Positions 9,687-19,744 are shown, counted from the whole stretch's first letter. The stretch is 60,256 bases of DNA, filler included, from 5 parts of 5 records of this genome joined end to end with filler, not necessarily neighbours in it; one strand, 5' to 3'. Numbers and translations are program-made. The notes: generated from the letters alone by a model not told the origin.

Positions 9687-11402
9687 ATGAGTATACCAAT
9701 TCATAAATATGATGTTGTTATTGTAGGGGCTGGACTTGCAGGATGTGCAGCAGCTAGAGAAGCAGCACATGCAGGTTTAAGTGTATGTGTTCTTACAAAA
9801 CTTCATCCACTAAGATCACACTCAGGAGCTGCCCAAGGTGGGATCAACGCAGCTTTAAGTGAGGAAGACACTGTAGAGCTTCATGAGTTTGACACTGTAA
9901 AAGGAAGTGACTATTTAGGTGATCAAGATGCTATTAAATTAATGTGTGAAAAAGCACCAGAGACAATCAGATGGGCAGAGAAAATGGGAGCTGTTTTTTC
10001 AAGAAACGATGAGGGAAAAATCGCTCAAAGACCATTTGGTGGACAAAGTAAACCAAGAGCCTGTTTTGCAAAAGATAGAACAGGTCTTACACTTTTACAA
10101 ACTATCTTTGAACAAGCGCACAGAGACGGAGTTGATTTTAAAGATGAGTATTATGTAGCTGATCTATTATACGAAGATGGTAAGGTTCATGGAGTTGTAG
10201 CATATAACTTAGTAGATACAAAACCTATGATCTTTAATGCCCGAGCCGTAATGTTTGCAACTGGTGGATATGGACGTGCTTTTAAGATCAATTCAAATGC
10301 CCATGCAAACACAGGTGATGCACTTTCTATTGTTGCAAGAAAAGGACTTCCTTTAGAAGATATGGAATTTGTTCAATTTCACCCAACAGGAATTGCTGGA
10401 TCAGGAGTTCTTATCTCAGAAGCAGCTCGTGGAGAGGGTGGAAGATTGTATAACTCAGAAGGGGAGCGATTTATGGAAAAATATGCTCCAAATAAACTTG
10501 AACTTGCGTCAAGAGATGTTGTAAGCCGAGCGATTACTCAAGAGATCCTCGAAGGAAGAGGTTGTGGTGTAAATAAAGATCATGTGAAGATCGATCTTAC
10601 ACATCTTGGTGCTGATATTATCAATGAAAGACTACCAGAACTTAGAGACTTAGCGATCACATTTTTGGGACAAGATATGATCGAAGAGCCTATCTCTATT
10701 GCTGCAACTGCACACTACTCAATGGGTGGAATCCCTGTAAATAAAGAGGGGCATGTAAGAAAAAATACAAAAGAGTTTGTTGAAGGATTCTATGCTGCTG
10801 GGGAATGTTCATGTGTATCAGTTCATGGGGCAAATAGACTTGGAGCGAACTCAGTGTTAGAAGCACTTTTCTTTGGACGACATGTTGGACAAACAATCGT
10901 AGAAGATGTAAAAGCTGGAATCTCTTTTAAAGATGCAAATGAATCAGATGCAGATTATACTTTTAATAAGATCAAAACTATTAAAGAATCAAACGGTAAT
11001 GAAAAGATCCCAGCTCTTAGAGAAGAGTTACAACAAAGTATGACTGATAATGCAGGGGTATTTAGAACGAAAGAATCACTTATAAAACAACAAGCAAACT
11101 TAAGAGAACTTCGAAAACGGTTTGCTAATATTAGAATTGATGATCACTCTACTGTATATAATACTGACCTTCAAGAAGCGATTGAGTTTAGTCATATGCT
11201 AGATTATAGTAAGTTTATTGTTGATGGTGCTATTCATAGAGAAGAGAGTCGTGGAGCTCATTATAGAGAGGATTTCCCAACAAGAGATGATGAGAAGTTC
11301 TTAAAACACACTATGGCTTATATGGATGAGGATAGAAATATCACTACAGAATATATGGATGTTGTTCTTGGTGATTTTGAACCTACAGAGCGAACATACT
11401 AG
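9687..11402 (+). CDS. sdhA: Succinate dehydrogenase/fumarate reductase flavoprotein subunit
   Basis: [16 protein letters not shown] (covalent FAD His), [29 protein letters not shown]. No N-terminal Tat peptide. Confidence 0.95.
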   Translation: MSIPIHKYDVVIVGAGLAGCAAAREAAHAGLSVCVLTKLHPLRSHSGAAQGGINAALSEEDTVELHEFDTVKGSDYLGDQDAIKLMCEKAPETIRWAEKMGAVFSRNDEGKIAQRPFGGQSKPRACFAKDRTGLTLLQTIFEQAHRDGVDFKDEYYVADLLYEDGKVHGVVAYNLVDTKPMIFNARAVMFATGGYGRAFKINSNAHANTGDALSIVARKGLPLEDMEFVQFHPTGIAGSGVLISEAARGEGGRLYNSEGERFMEKYAPNKLELASRDVVSRAITQEILEGRGCGVNKDHVKIDLTHLGADIINERLPELRDLAITFLGQDMIEEPISIAATAHYSMGGIPVNKEGHVRKNTKEFVEGFYAAGECSCVSVHGANRLGANSVLEALFFGRHVGQTIVEDVKAGISFKDANESDADYTFNKIKTIKESNGNEKIPALREELQQSMTDNAGVFRTKESLIKQQANLRELRKRFANIRIDDHSTVYNTDLQEAIEFSHMLDYSKFIVDGAIHREESRGAHYREDFPTRDDEKFLKHTMAYMDEDRNITTEYMDVVLGDFEPTERTY

Positions 11403-11408
11403 GAGATA

Positions 11409-12392
11409 ATGATGAGTCATAAACAAGAGATAAAAAGATTAACTTTTAAAGTTTTTAGATTTAATAAAGATATTAATTATCTTCCATATTACCAAACAAT
11501 TGAAATGGATGTAAATCAAGATGAATTAGTGCTTGATGTAATGAATAGAATCAAATGGGAGCATGATGGAAGCTTCACATATAGAAGAAGCTGTAGACAT
11601 GGAATTTGTGGATCGTGTGCTATAAAAGTAAACCAAAAACCAACCCTTGCTTGCAAAGACAATGTATTTGAACTAGTAGAAATCTTTGGAGAAGAACTTG
11701 TAATTGAGCCTCAAGATAAAACAAAAGCATATAAAGATATGGTTATCGATAAAAATAGCTTTTGGGAAAAGTATGATCAAGTACAACCTTATCTCGTGGC
11801 AGATATTGAAGAGTTTCCAACACAGGAAAACCTTGTAAGTCAAGAAGATGCTGAAAAGATCGATGAAGCTGATTATTGTATCGCCTGTGGAAGCTGTTTT
11901 TATGCTTGTCCTGCAGTTGAAGTAAATGATGAATATATCGGTCCAATGGCACTTACAAAAGCTTGGAGATTTAATGCAGATATTAGAGACAATGCTCATA
12001 ATGAGAGACTTGATACCTTACAAAAGCTAGGAAGCGGTATTTGGGATTGTGTAAAATGTAATGAGTGTGCCGAAGCTTGTCCAAAAGAGCTTGATCCAAT
12101 TGGAAAGATTACAAAACTACACCTACAAACATTTGAAAATGAAAAATCATTAAATAATGTAGCTACAAGACACGCCGTTGGATTTAAATGGTCTATTAAA
12201 AAGCATGGTATCTTAGATGAGGGTGAATTAGTACGATATTCTGAAGGAAACTTTGGAGTGATCAAACATATCCCTGAAGCCATTCCAATGTTTTTACGAG
12301 GGAAACTTGTAATGCCTTGGAATATGCCAAAATCTAAAAATCTAGATGAAATCAAAAAGCTAGTTGATATCACTTCAACAGCAAAATTTTAA
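11409..12392 (+). CDS. sdhB: Succinate dehydrogenase/fumarate reductase Fe-S subunit, type E
   Basis: CRHGICGSC..C [2Fe-2S]; CIACGSCFYACP and CVKCNECAEACP (two full 4-Cys motifs); C-terminal extension. Confidence 0.93.
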   Translation: MMSHKQEIKRLTFKVFRFNKDINYLPYYQTIEMDVNQDELVLDVMNRIKWEHDGSFTYRRSCRHGICGSCAIKVNQKPTLACKDNVFELVEIFGEELVIEPQDKTKAYKDMVIDKNSFWEKYDQVQPYLVADIEEFPTQENLVSQEDAEKIDEADYCIACGSCFYACPAVEVNDEYIGPMALTKAWRFNADIRDNAHNERLDTLQKLGSGIWDCVKCNECAEACPKELDPIGKITKLHLQTFENEKSLNNVATRHAVGFKWSIKKHGILDEGELVRYSEGNFGVIKHIPEAIPMFLRGKLVMPWNMPKSKNLDEIKKLVDITSTAKF

Positions 12393-12408
12393 GAAGTAAG
12401 GAGCCAAA

Positions 12409-13293
12409 ATGGAAAAATTAAAATACGCTTTATACACAGGTTGTACAGCAAGAGAATCAACTCCAGAACTTCTAATGTCAACACAAGCAATTGCTGATAA
12501 ACTAGGAATTGAGCTTGTTTTATTAGATGAAGCTTCATGTTGTGGAGCAAGCCATCTACAAGATTTTGATGATATGTTATCACTTGTGCTTAATGCTAGA
12601 AATATCGCTTATGCAGAAAAACTTGGGCTTACAATGGTAACTATTTGTAATACATGTCAATTAAATACAGCAGTTACAAAAGATAGATTAGATAATGATC
12701 CAGAATTAAAAGCAAAAGTAAATGAAAAACTTGCTGAAGTTGGACTAGAATATAAAGGAACAAGTGAAGTAAAACACTTCTTATATGCTCTTCAAGATGA
12801 GTATGGTTATGACAAGATAGCTGAAGCTGTAACGAATCCAATTGAAGATATTAATGTAGCATCATTTTATGGATGTCATAATATTAGACCAAGTCACTTA
12901 CAACATAAATCAAATAAAGGTGAAGATCCATACAAACCAACTTCTCTTGATAACCTTGTAATAGCTCTTGGTGGAAATGCCGTAGAGTATGAATCTAAAA
13001 ATAAATGTTGTGGTTTCCATGTGGAGCTTCAAAACCCTACAACAGCAAATAGATTAAGTGGAACTGCTATGCTTGATGCAATCGATCAAAATGCTGATAT
13101 GATGGTAACACCATGTCCATTATGTCATCTTAGAATGGATGTACAACAACACAATATCTCAAAAGAGATGGGGAGAGATATCGATATCCCTGTACTTCAT
13201 CTTCCTCAAATGGTTGGGATCGCTTTAGGAATAGACCCTAAAAAACTAGGACTCCAACACAATATTAATCAAACTGGTTTAAATGTAAAATAA
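12409..13293 (+). CDS. sdhE: CCG-domain (HdrB-like) anchor subunit of type E SQR/QFR
   Basis: YTGC, SCCG, CNTC, FYGCH, KCCG, PCPLCH. This is the type-E anchor SdhE, not the flavinylation factor of the same name. Confidence 0.88.
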   Translation: MEKLKYALYTGCTARESTPELLMSTQAIADKLGIELVLLDEASCCGASHLQDFDDMLSLVLNARNIAYAEKLGLTMVTICNTCQLNTAVTKDRLDNDPELKAKVNEKLAEVGLEYKGTSEVKHFLYALQDEYGYDKIAEAVTNPIEDINVASFYGCHNIRPSHLQHKSNKGEDPYKPTSLDNLVIALGGNAVEYESKNKCCGFHVELQNPTTANRLSGTAMLDAIDQNADMMVTPCPLCHLRMDVQQHNISKEMGRDIDIPVLHLPQMVGIALGIDPKKLGLQHNINQTGLNVK

Positions 13294-13294
13294 T

Positions 13295-13320
13295 TTCTAA
13301 AGAGAACTTTCTCTTTAGAA
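13295..13320 (+). terminator. Hairpin after sdhE
   Basis: TTCTAAAGAGA-ACTT-TCTCTTTAGAA immediately after the stop codon. Confidence 0.6.
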
Positions 13321-13477
13321 TATCGATCTATACTTTCTTTATAAAATCACTAAACACTATAATTTCATCCTTGCAAAATTACTCTTAACTTAAACTATTT
13401 CATTAAGGACTATTTTTATCTTTTTTATTAAAGTTTCTTTGAGTATAATCATGTGATTTAAAACTAAAGGAACCAAA

Positions 13478-13635
13478 ATGCCAAAAATTAATAAATACCA
13501 AGATATCAGCGAAGTTGAAAGAGAAGCAAAAAAAGATCTTATCGACAGACATTCACCATTTATCCATTGTGCAGATACTGCAAAAGCTGGAGAGCCATTT
13601 GAAGTAACTGTTAAAATGGGAAATGAATATACTCA
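13478..13635 (+). CDS. Class II SORL / desulfoferrodoxin-domain protein (truncated)
   Basis: AAGGA RBS; IDRHSPFIHCADTAKAGEPFEVTVKMG resembles the superoxide-reductase-like N-terminus. Confidence 0.75.
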
Positions 13636-13735
13636 NNNNNNNNNNNNNNNNNNNNNNNNNNNNNNNNNNNNNNNNNNNNTTAATTAATTAANNNNNNNNN
13701 NNNNNNNNNNNNNNNNNNNNNNNNNNNNNNNNNNN
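13636..13735. other. Artificial contig linker
   Basis: N44-TTAATTAATTAA-N44. Confidence 0.97.
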
Positions 13736-13798
13736 ATCAAACGTAAGGTTTGTGCGTGTGCCGCACAGGCACGGTTTTAAGAATTTGTGAGGTGAATT

Positions 13799-14593
13799 AT
13801 GAGTAATATATTGAGAAAAAATGAAATTGCAAAGATTTTGGGAATGAATCGATCAACTATCAGATATTATGAGCAAATAGGCCTAATCAAACCTCATATT
13901 GATGATAATCAATATAGAGATTATGGTATTGAAGAACTAAAACAACTTAGCCAAATTAATTTTTTAAGAGCCATAGATTTAGATATTAAAACTATAAAGG
14001 AAATAATGAATGGCAATTTGGATGATCCTTCTAAAATTTTACTTCAAAAAAAAGATGAGTTAAATGATTCAATTCAAATATTGAAAAATAACATAAAAAA
14101 AATCGAGGAAATATTCCAATATAGTAATTCAGAAAATAATTATAGGGAATATCAGATTCTTGAGTTTCCAGATAGATATCTTTACGCATTAAAATCTACT
14201 AATAACAGTGATTTAGATAGTTTCTATAAAGAAAATCAGGAATTTTTTGAAGGGAATAAAATTGAACTGGGAGATTGGTTTATCAATATAATTGATGCTA
14301 AAGATTTTATTGATAAGGATACATTTGATTTTGTAGAGTGTGTAGAGATCAAAACTAAAGAAAAAGAGGGGGCTATATTAATTTCAAAAGGTAAATTTGC
14401 GTGTTTTGATATAGTTCTCAATGATAAAAATTTTGAAATATTTGAATCAATACTAAGTGAAATCAAGAATATTCTCAACAAAAATTTATTAGAAATAAAA
14501 AATGGAAAAGTTTTATTCCTAAATAAAGATAATATGAATTTGAATTTCAGTAATTCCAAACGAATAATATCTATTCAAATCCCTATTATTTAG
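13799..14593 (+). CDS. MerR-family transcriptional regulator with GyrI-like C-terminus
   Basis: EIAKILGMNRSTIRYYEQIGLIKP..NQYRDY; GAGGTG RBS. Confidence 0.88.
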   Translation: MSNILRKNEIAKILGMNRSTIRYYEQIGLIKPHIDDNQYRDYGIEELKQLSQINFLRAIDLDIKTIKEIMNGNLDDPSKILLQKKDELNDSIQILKNNIKKIEEIFQYSNSENNYREYQILEFPDRYLYALKSTNNSDLDSFYKENQEFFEGNKIELGDWFINIIDAKDFIDKDTFDFVECVEIKTKEKEGAILISKGKFACFDIVLNDKNFEIFESILSEIKNILNKNLLEIKNGKVLFLNKDNMNLNFSNSKRIISIQIPII

Positions 14594-14629
14594 GTATTAT
14601 ATAAGAGAATTCACTGATTAGGAGGCGAT

Positions 14630-15031
14630 ATGAAAAAAAGAATAACTTATCTGATTTCATCAATTGTAGTTTTCATAGCCTGCATATTGATAGTAATTTT
14701 ATTTGCTAATAATCATTTGATTCGAGGTTTTATAGGTGATGTTCTAGTTATCACATTAATTTATAGCTTTATCAAAATATTTATAGATGTAAAGCCACTT
14801 AAACTTTGTATATACATTTTGTTTTTTGCCTATACTATTGAGATTCTCCAATACTTTAAATTTGTTGAATTAATTGGACTTGGGGAATATCGAATAGCCA
14901 GAATAGTAATAGGAACAACATTTGATGTACGGGATTTACTCGCATACTCATTAGGGGCAATATTTACTTACACGCTAGAAACACTACTCTTTAAGAAATT
15001 ATCAAACAAAGAAAATGAACTCAAAAAATAG
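14630..15031 (+). CDS. DUF2809-like membrane protein
   Basis: IRGFIGDVL...IEILQY...RIVIGTTFDVRDLLAYSLG. Confidence 0.8.
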   Translation: MKKRITYLISSIVVFIACILIVILFANNHLIRGFIGDVLVITLIYSFIKIFIDVKPLKLCIYILFFAYTIEILQYFKFVELIGLGEYRIARIVIGTTFDVRDLLAYSLGAIFTYTLETLLFKKLSNKENELKK

Positions 15032-15072
15032 ATGAAGAAAACTTAAAATCCTGATTTGGAGGTGATCTCAGT

Positions 15073-15663
15073 ATGGAATTTATTCATAAAATTGAAGCTG
15101 ATATGCGAAAGAAAAATATACAAGTCTCTCAAAGCGAATGGAATAATTTTGTATCATTATTGACAGAAAAAAAGTATCCCCCGAAATCTAAAATTATTAG
15201 TCAAACTAATTTTTGTGATGAAGTTTTATTTATTTCTGAAGGAATTGTTTCTTCTGAGTATATATTGGAAGATGGAAAAAGGATTATTTCGAGATTTTTT
15301 ATTGAAGATAATTTATGCACGAATGTTGTAAGTGCTATGACAAAAAAGCTGGCTTCAGATAATATAGTTGCTATTACAGAGGTAAGTGCCATCTCTATTC
15401 CATTTAAAGTTTTTTATCAATACTATTTAAGAGAAGGAAAGATCGGTGAATATTTTAGAATTAAACTCTTGGATAATCTCTTAGAAGCTAAAAATTTTAT
15501 ATCAATAAAAACTATATCAAAAACTGAAGAAAAGTATAACTTTTTAGAACAAAATTATCCTAGCATCTTACAATTTGTACCTGCCAAAGATATTGCCAGC
15601 TTTATTGGTATTACTCCTGAAGGTTTTAGTCGTTTTTTAAAAAAACGATATAAAAAGTCTTAA
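15073..15663 (+). CDS. Crp/Fnr-family regulator
   Basis: cNMP-binding-like N-terminus; C-terminal KDIASFIGITPEGFSR HTH. Confidence 0.85.
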   Translation: MEFIHKIEADMRKKNIQVSQSEWNNFVSLLTEKKYPPKSKIISQTNFCDEVLFISEGIVSSEYILEDGKRIISRFFIEDNLCTNVVSAMTKKLASDNIVAITEVSAISIPFKVFYQYYLREGKIGEYFRIKLLDNLLEAKNFISIKTISKTEEKYNFLEQNYPSILQFVPAKDIASFIGITPEGFSRFLKKRYKKS

Positions 15664-15775
15664 CCCAAATCAATTACTTTCTTATTTCATACTGATATAC
15701 TATATCCAAGTTACTATAGTGTATTTCATTCATGAGGAAATGGTATGAAATTTTTTTTAAGAATAGGAGATTGAT

Positions 15776-16633
15776 ATGAGTGAATTAAAAATGCCGGTTG
15801 AAAGAGATTTTGGATGGAAATTGAAGAAAAGTGAATCAAGCTATTTTGGGATTCATAAAAAAGAAAATGGACAATTTTGCGTTGTATTAAACCATTCGCT
15901 TATTAGAGGTTGTACTTCTGAAATGATTCATTGGTGGTTTCTAAATTTCCCAAAATTAAAAGTTAAACTAAGAGATATAGAAGTATATGACGAGAAAACT
16001 GTTCAAGCTTATTTTCTTTGGCATCCATCTGATCATCACAGTGTTTCGATCAATGGAAATTTGGGTCAAGGAAATACCTCTAAAACAGGAGCAGCAATTC
16101 ATATTCGGGAAGCAATGCAATATAAAAAATTTGCTTGGAAATATCAAGTAGACAATCAAATGAAAATATTTTATTGTGACTCAGATGGTTGGGCTATGGG
16201 AAGAGAAATTCCAATATTTGGAAAAGCAATGGTATTAAGAATTAATTACAACGATGTTTACGAGGGGAACCGTATAATTGGTGTACATTATCATTATGAA
16301 ATTGTAGTAGGAATTAATGGAAATAATCCTATTTCAAAAATGATAAATAAAAAAATAACTTCACATTTTACACCTGAATTTTTTGAAGCTTGGCAGCTTC
16401 ACAATGTAATTGAAGTTGGTACTTTCGAAAACTTTTTACCTGCTTTATACAAACAGAAGCATAATTCTAATTCAATGATTTTTAGTAAAACAATGAATTG
16501 TATAACTGACACAGAGAATAGACAAACTGGTTATGACGAGAAGTTTTTCGAAGAGCGTTTAAATGGATATAAAGAGGCTTCAAATGTTTATGACTATCAG
16601 AAGTATAATGCTACTTCTTTCATAAAATCATAG
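15776..16633 (+). CDS. DAPG hydrolase PhlG-like protein
   Basis: GCTSEMIHWWF and YFLWHPSDH motifs; late WQLHNVIE His/Glu pair. Confidence 0.7.
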   Translation: MSELKMPVERDFGWKLKKSESSYFGIHKKENGQFCVVLNHSLIRGCTSEMIHWWFLNFPKLKVKLRDIEVYDEKTVQAYFLWHPSDHHSVSINGNLGQGNTSKTGAAIHIREAMQYKKFAWKYQVDNQMKIFYCDSDGWAMGREIPIFGKAMVLRINYNDVYEGNRIIGVHYHYEIVVGINGNNPISKMINKKITSHFTPEFFEAWQLHNVIEVGTFENFLPALYKQKHNSNSMIFSKTMNCITDTENRQTGYDEKFFEERLNGYKEASNVYDYQKYNATSFIKS

Positions 16634-16650
16634 TAAAAATCAATAAAAAC

Positions 16651-16675
16651 AGCCACCTCATTTTACGAGGTGGCT
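16651..16675. terminator. Hairpin between convergent genes
   Basis: AGCCACCTC-ATTTTAC-GAGGTGGCT, with an A-rich tract on its left (U-tract for the minus strand). Confidence 0.75.
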
Positions 16676-16678
16676 TCA

Positions 16679-17578
16679 CTATTTGTCAGCTAAAGTACTA
16701 AAATATTCAATTTTTTCTTCACAGATTTGCTTAGTTAGTTCTTTCAATATCTCAACTCTGCTTGCAAGATATTCTAACTCTTCTTTTGTAATCTTATAAT
16801 TTGATCTATATCTAGAATCAATATACGCATCCTTAAGAAGTTTAAATAGTCTCTTATCCTCTTTTGTTACTTGAGGAAATACTTCTTTAAACCTTATATC
16901 ATGACTTCGTACCATTCTATATAATTTGAATAGATTATGAGTTTTCGGTGCATAATCTGTATAGATCAAGCAGATTGCATTAAAAAATCTTTCCGTTGCT
17001 TGATGCAATTGAAAAGCAGCGTTCTTCAAATACAAATCACCCTTCTCCGCATTATTATAATGAATATAATATGTTTCAAAAAAAACACTAGCACTCCCAA
17101 ACCAATCTTCAAAGTACTCCTTAGATTTTTCAAATCTTAATTCATTTGAAATTTTACTTGGTTCCTCAAACTCTCTATTCCTAAGATTACTTAAAACATA
17201 TCCTTCGTAATATATATCGCAGAAGAAATATCTTTTCTCTTTTAACATATACTTAATGTATGGGTAACCATGATATATTAATCCAACTGGTGTTTTAAAA
17301 CCTAAAGCATCAATTTTATCTTCCAACTTATGCTGAAAATTTCCTTTTTTAGCTTTTTTTTCATCACTGGTTACAACTAATAAATCGTAATCACTTAAAT
17401 ACTCATATGTAGTTCCTCGCTGATCTTGATACATATCCTCAACCCAAGTTCCTCTGGCATAACTCCCATACAAAATTACCATATTTACATTTGGAAAATC
17501 CAATTCAATTAGCTCAACAATTCGTTTTAATTCTTCCTTTTTTCGATCAGGTAGAAATTTTGGTATTCCTGTTTTCAA
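16679..17578 (-). CDS. Minimal nucleotidyltransferase-HEPN fusion protein
   Basis: ILYGSYARG..SDYDLLVV (MNT), then AAFQLHQATE..KTHNL..AYIDSRY (HEPN); TTG start after GGAGG. Confidence 0.88.
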   Translation of the reverse strand: MKTGIPKFLPDRKKEELKRIVELIELDFPNVNMVILYGSYARGTWVEDMYQDQRGTTYEYLSDYDLLVVTSDEKKAKKGNFQHKLEDKIDALGFKTPVGLIYHGYPYIKYMLKEKRYFFCDIYYEGYVLSNLRNREFEEPSKISNELRFEKSKEYFEDWFGSASVFFETYYIHYNNAEKGDLYLKNAAFQLHQATERFFNAICLIYTDYAPKTHNLFKLYRMVRSHDIRFKEVFPQVTKEDKRLFKLLKDAYIDSRYRSNYKITKEELEYLASRVEILKELTKQICEEKIEYFSTLADK

Positions 17579-17818
17579 TGGGGTTACCTCCTAAAATAAG
17601 CAGTTTCTCACTAAAAGTTCAAATGAGCATAGTCTATTATATCACAAATCAGAATTAGAATATCAGATAAAATTACTCTTAAATTTTACCTGGTATTATT
17701 TTACTTGTTAGATGATTAATTATGATAAATAGTTCGGTTTTTCATCATAGTTATCGTTATTCCACTTATTTTTAAAACCACAATACAACTTTGTGTCTCT
17801 TTGTGTAGTCAATTTGTC

Positions 17819-17847
17819 TTGATGCATAGTTTTGATTAGGGTATAAT
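17819..17847 (+). promoter_or_regulatory. Sigma70-type promoter, candidate cassette promoter (Pc-like)
   Basis: TTGATG-N17-TATAAT about 100 bp upstream of the first cassette core site. Confidence 0.55.
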
Positions 17848-17865
17848 ATTGTATTGAAATAAAAT

Positions 17866-17959
17866 ATAACGCGCAATGGAAGTTGCGTGTTATGGGTAAA
17901 TATGGATGGATAGACGCAAGTTTTTTGTTATTTATGGCGTCTATAGATGAGTTATCAGA
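17866..17959 (+). mobile_element. Putative attI-like recombination site
   Basis: Ends in GTTATCAGA (17951-17959), the exact reverse complement of TCTGATAAC at 19657-19665. Further GTTAT cores at 17889 and 17927; two inverted repeats (17866-17893, 17910-17944). Confidence 0.45.
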
Positions 17960-17985
17960 AAGTAAAGATAAAATTAGGAGAAAAT

Positions 17986-19647
17986 ATGATAAAGCTATTA
18001 AAGAAACATTACACTTATTTGAAGATACATTATAAAAAACTACTAATAACTTTTAGTATTCTTGGCTCAGCACTTGTATTGAAATTCTATTATGAAGACA
18101 TTATTAATAAAATTTCACATATCTTTGAAGGTGAGACATATAAAAACATAACTACAAATATTGTTTTTTTACAGTTTAGTCTAACATTTTTAGTTGTAAG
18201 TATACTATCAATTACTTCTTCAAAAACAAATGAAAGATTATATGGTGAAAAAATAATTGATATAGTTTTTAAAAATATCAAATTTTTAATTAATTTATCT
18301 ATTGTAATTTCACTGTTAAATTTATATTTTTTATTAAATAATAGTTCCGATATTAAAATAATCTTTTGCTTCTTATTAGGAATTCTTTTACTATATTTAT
18401 TTATAAGAAAAATACTAATACTAATTTTTAATCCCCATGCTTCTCATGAAATTATAAAAAAAAGAACTCTAAAGGAAGTTGAAAAAGATATTAAAAAAAT
18501 TCTTAACAAAGAATACGGAAAGCAAAATAATCATCTTATTAGATTAGTTGATAGTAGTATCGTTGGGATAAAAACTAATGATTTATTGCCCGTTTTTGAA
18601 AATATGAATTATTATGATGAGTTATTTTTTGAAATACTCACACGTAAAAATAAAGAAGTGTGTCTATGCTACTTCAATAGCAGGTTTTTAATACCAAATT
18701 TTTATTCTCACTATATAACTTTACTAAACTATTTGATTTTTGAGGCAAAAGAGTATCGATATACTTTTTCAAAATTAAACTCAGTCATTGACACTTTTAA
18801 TAATACGGAAGTATATTTCATAACCCAAAATTTTAACAAATTTGTAAATAAGTTAATTGAAAGCATAAAATATTTAAAAGACCCTAATGAAATTACTTTA
18901 ATTAGTGAGTTTTTTTCAAAGTTATTTGAACAACTAAATTCTATAGTTAATCTAGAAGATATTAATATAGTCAAATTTAGGCAAAAGTATAAAGTTATGT
19001 TAGAGGCTATACCTGTAAATTGGATTGAAAAATTTTATATAAATATGAAATCTAATAATCATTTAAATGAAAAGGAACAGTTAGAGATACTTAATAACTT
19101 TATATATAAAATCCTTCGAGTTCCAAATTTTATTGAATTTAGATTTAGTTTCGAAAAAAAAGATAAATTTAATGAAAACTATTTTTCATTTTCATTAGCT
19201 TATCTATTAATTAAATTAGGAGATTCACAAGACGAAAATAATTTAAACTTAATTATGGGAAATCATAATAACAAATATTTTTATAAAGTAAACTTCCTTT
19301 TGATGCTTTCAACCTATAAGAAATTTTTGAGACCAGAAAATAGCATAACATACATTAAGACTTGGTTAAGTAAAAACTCAGAAAAGTTTATATTCTCCGA
19401 AAATAAAACTATTGAAACATACAATTTTATACTAAAACATTGTAATAATGATTTTGTACTATCCCCAAGTCCATATTTATTAAATGGAAAAACATTCTTT
19501 AACAAAATCACAATCTTTAATTTTTACTATAATTATGCATTAATTTTTAACTATCAAAGTTTAAATGAACTTATTAAATGTGATAATCATGATAAAGTTA
19601 TACTTAATGAAAATAAGGACTTTTTTGATATTTTTGATAATATTTAG
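17986..19647 (+). CDS. Hypothetical membrane protein, probable integron cassette gene
   Basis: About 4 N-terminal TM segments and a long soluble AT-rich tail. GGAG RBS before ATG 17986 (in-frame ATG also at 17947). Stop lies 10 bp before the attC. Confidence 0.7.
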   Translation: MIKLLKKHYTYLKIHYKKLLITFSILGSALVLKFYYEDIINKISHIFEGETYKNITTNIVFLQFSLTFLVVSILSITSSKTNERLYGEKIIDIVFKNIKFLINLSIVISLLNLYFLLNNSSDIKIIFCFLLGILLLYLFIRKILILIFNPHASHEIIKKRTLKEVEKDIKKILNKEYGKQNNHLIRLVDSSIVGIKTNDLLPVFENMNYYDELFFEILTRKNKEVCLCYFNSRFLIPNFYSHYITLLNYLIFEAKEYRYTFSKLNSVIDTFNNTEVYFITQNFNKFVNKLIESIKYLKDPNEITLISEFFSKLFEQLNSIVNLEDINIVKFRQKYKVMLEAIPVNWIEKFYINMKSNNHLNEKEQLEILNNFIYKILRVPNFIEFRFSFEKKDKFNENYFSFSLAYLLIKLGDSQDENNLNLIMGNHNNKYFYKVNFLLMLSTYKKFLRPENSITYIKTWLSKNSEKFIFSENKTIETYNFILKHCNNDFVLSPSPYLLNGKTFFNKITIFNFYYNYALIFNYQSLNELIKCDNHDKVILNENKDFFDIFDNI

Positions 19648-19656
19648 TAATTCAAA

Positions 19657-19744
19657 TCTGATAACATGTCGGCAGATTACATTTTATCGTCTTACGCTAT
19701 CGCTGAGGACTCAAAAACGTCATCTGTCCGCAGGGACGTTAGAT
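19657..19744 (+). mobile_element. attC: Integron attC site
   Basis: TGATAAC ... GTTAGAT, 88 bp, GC-enriched imperfect palindrome; CGGCAGATTAC pairs with GTCATCTGTCCG with one extrahelical base. Confidence 0.78.

Noticed and set aside
13750-13780. GC-rich hairpin GTGCGTGTGCCGCACAGGCACG at the start of contig 3
   Set aside because: Single copy cut by the contig edge, no attC-type core pair; cannot be classified.
17866-17893. ATAACGCGCAA..TTGCGTGTTAT as a stand-alone attC
   Set aside because: 28 bp is too short and it lacks L boxes; kept only as part of the attI-like region.
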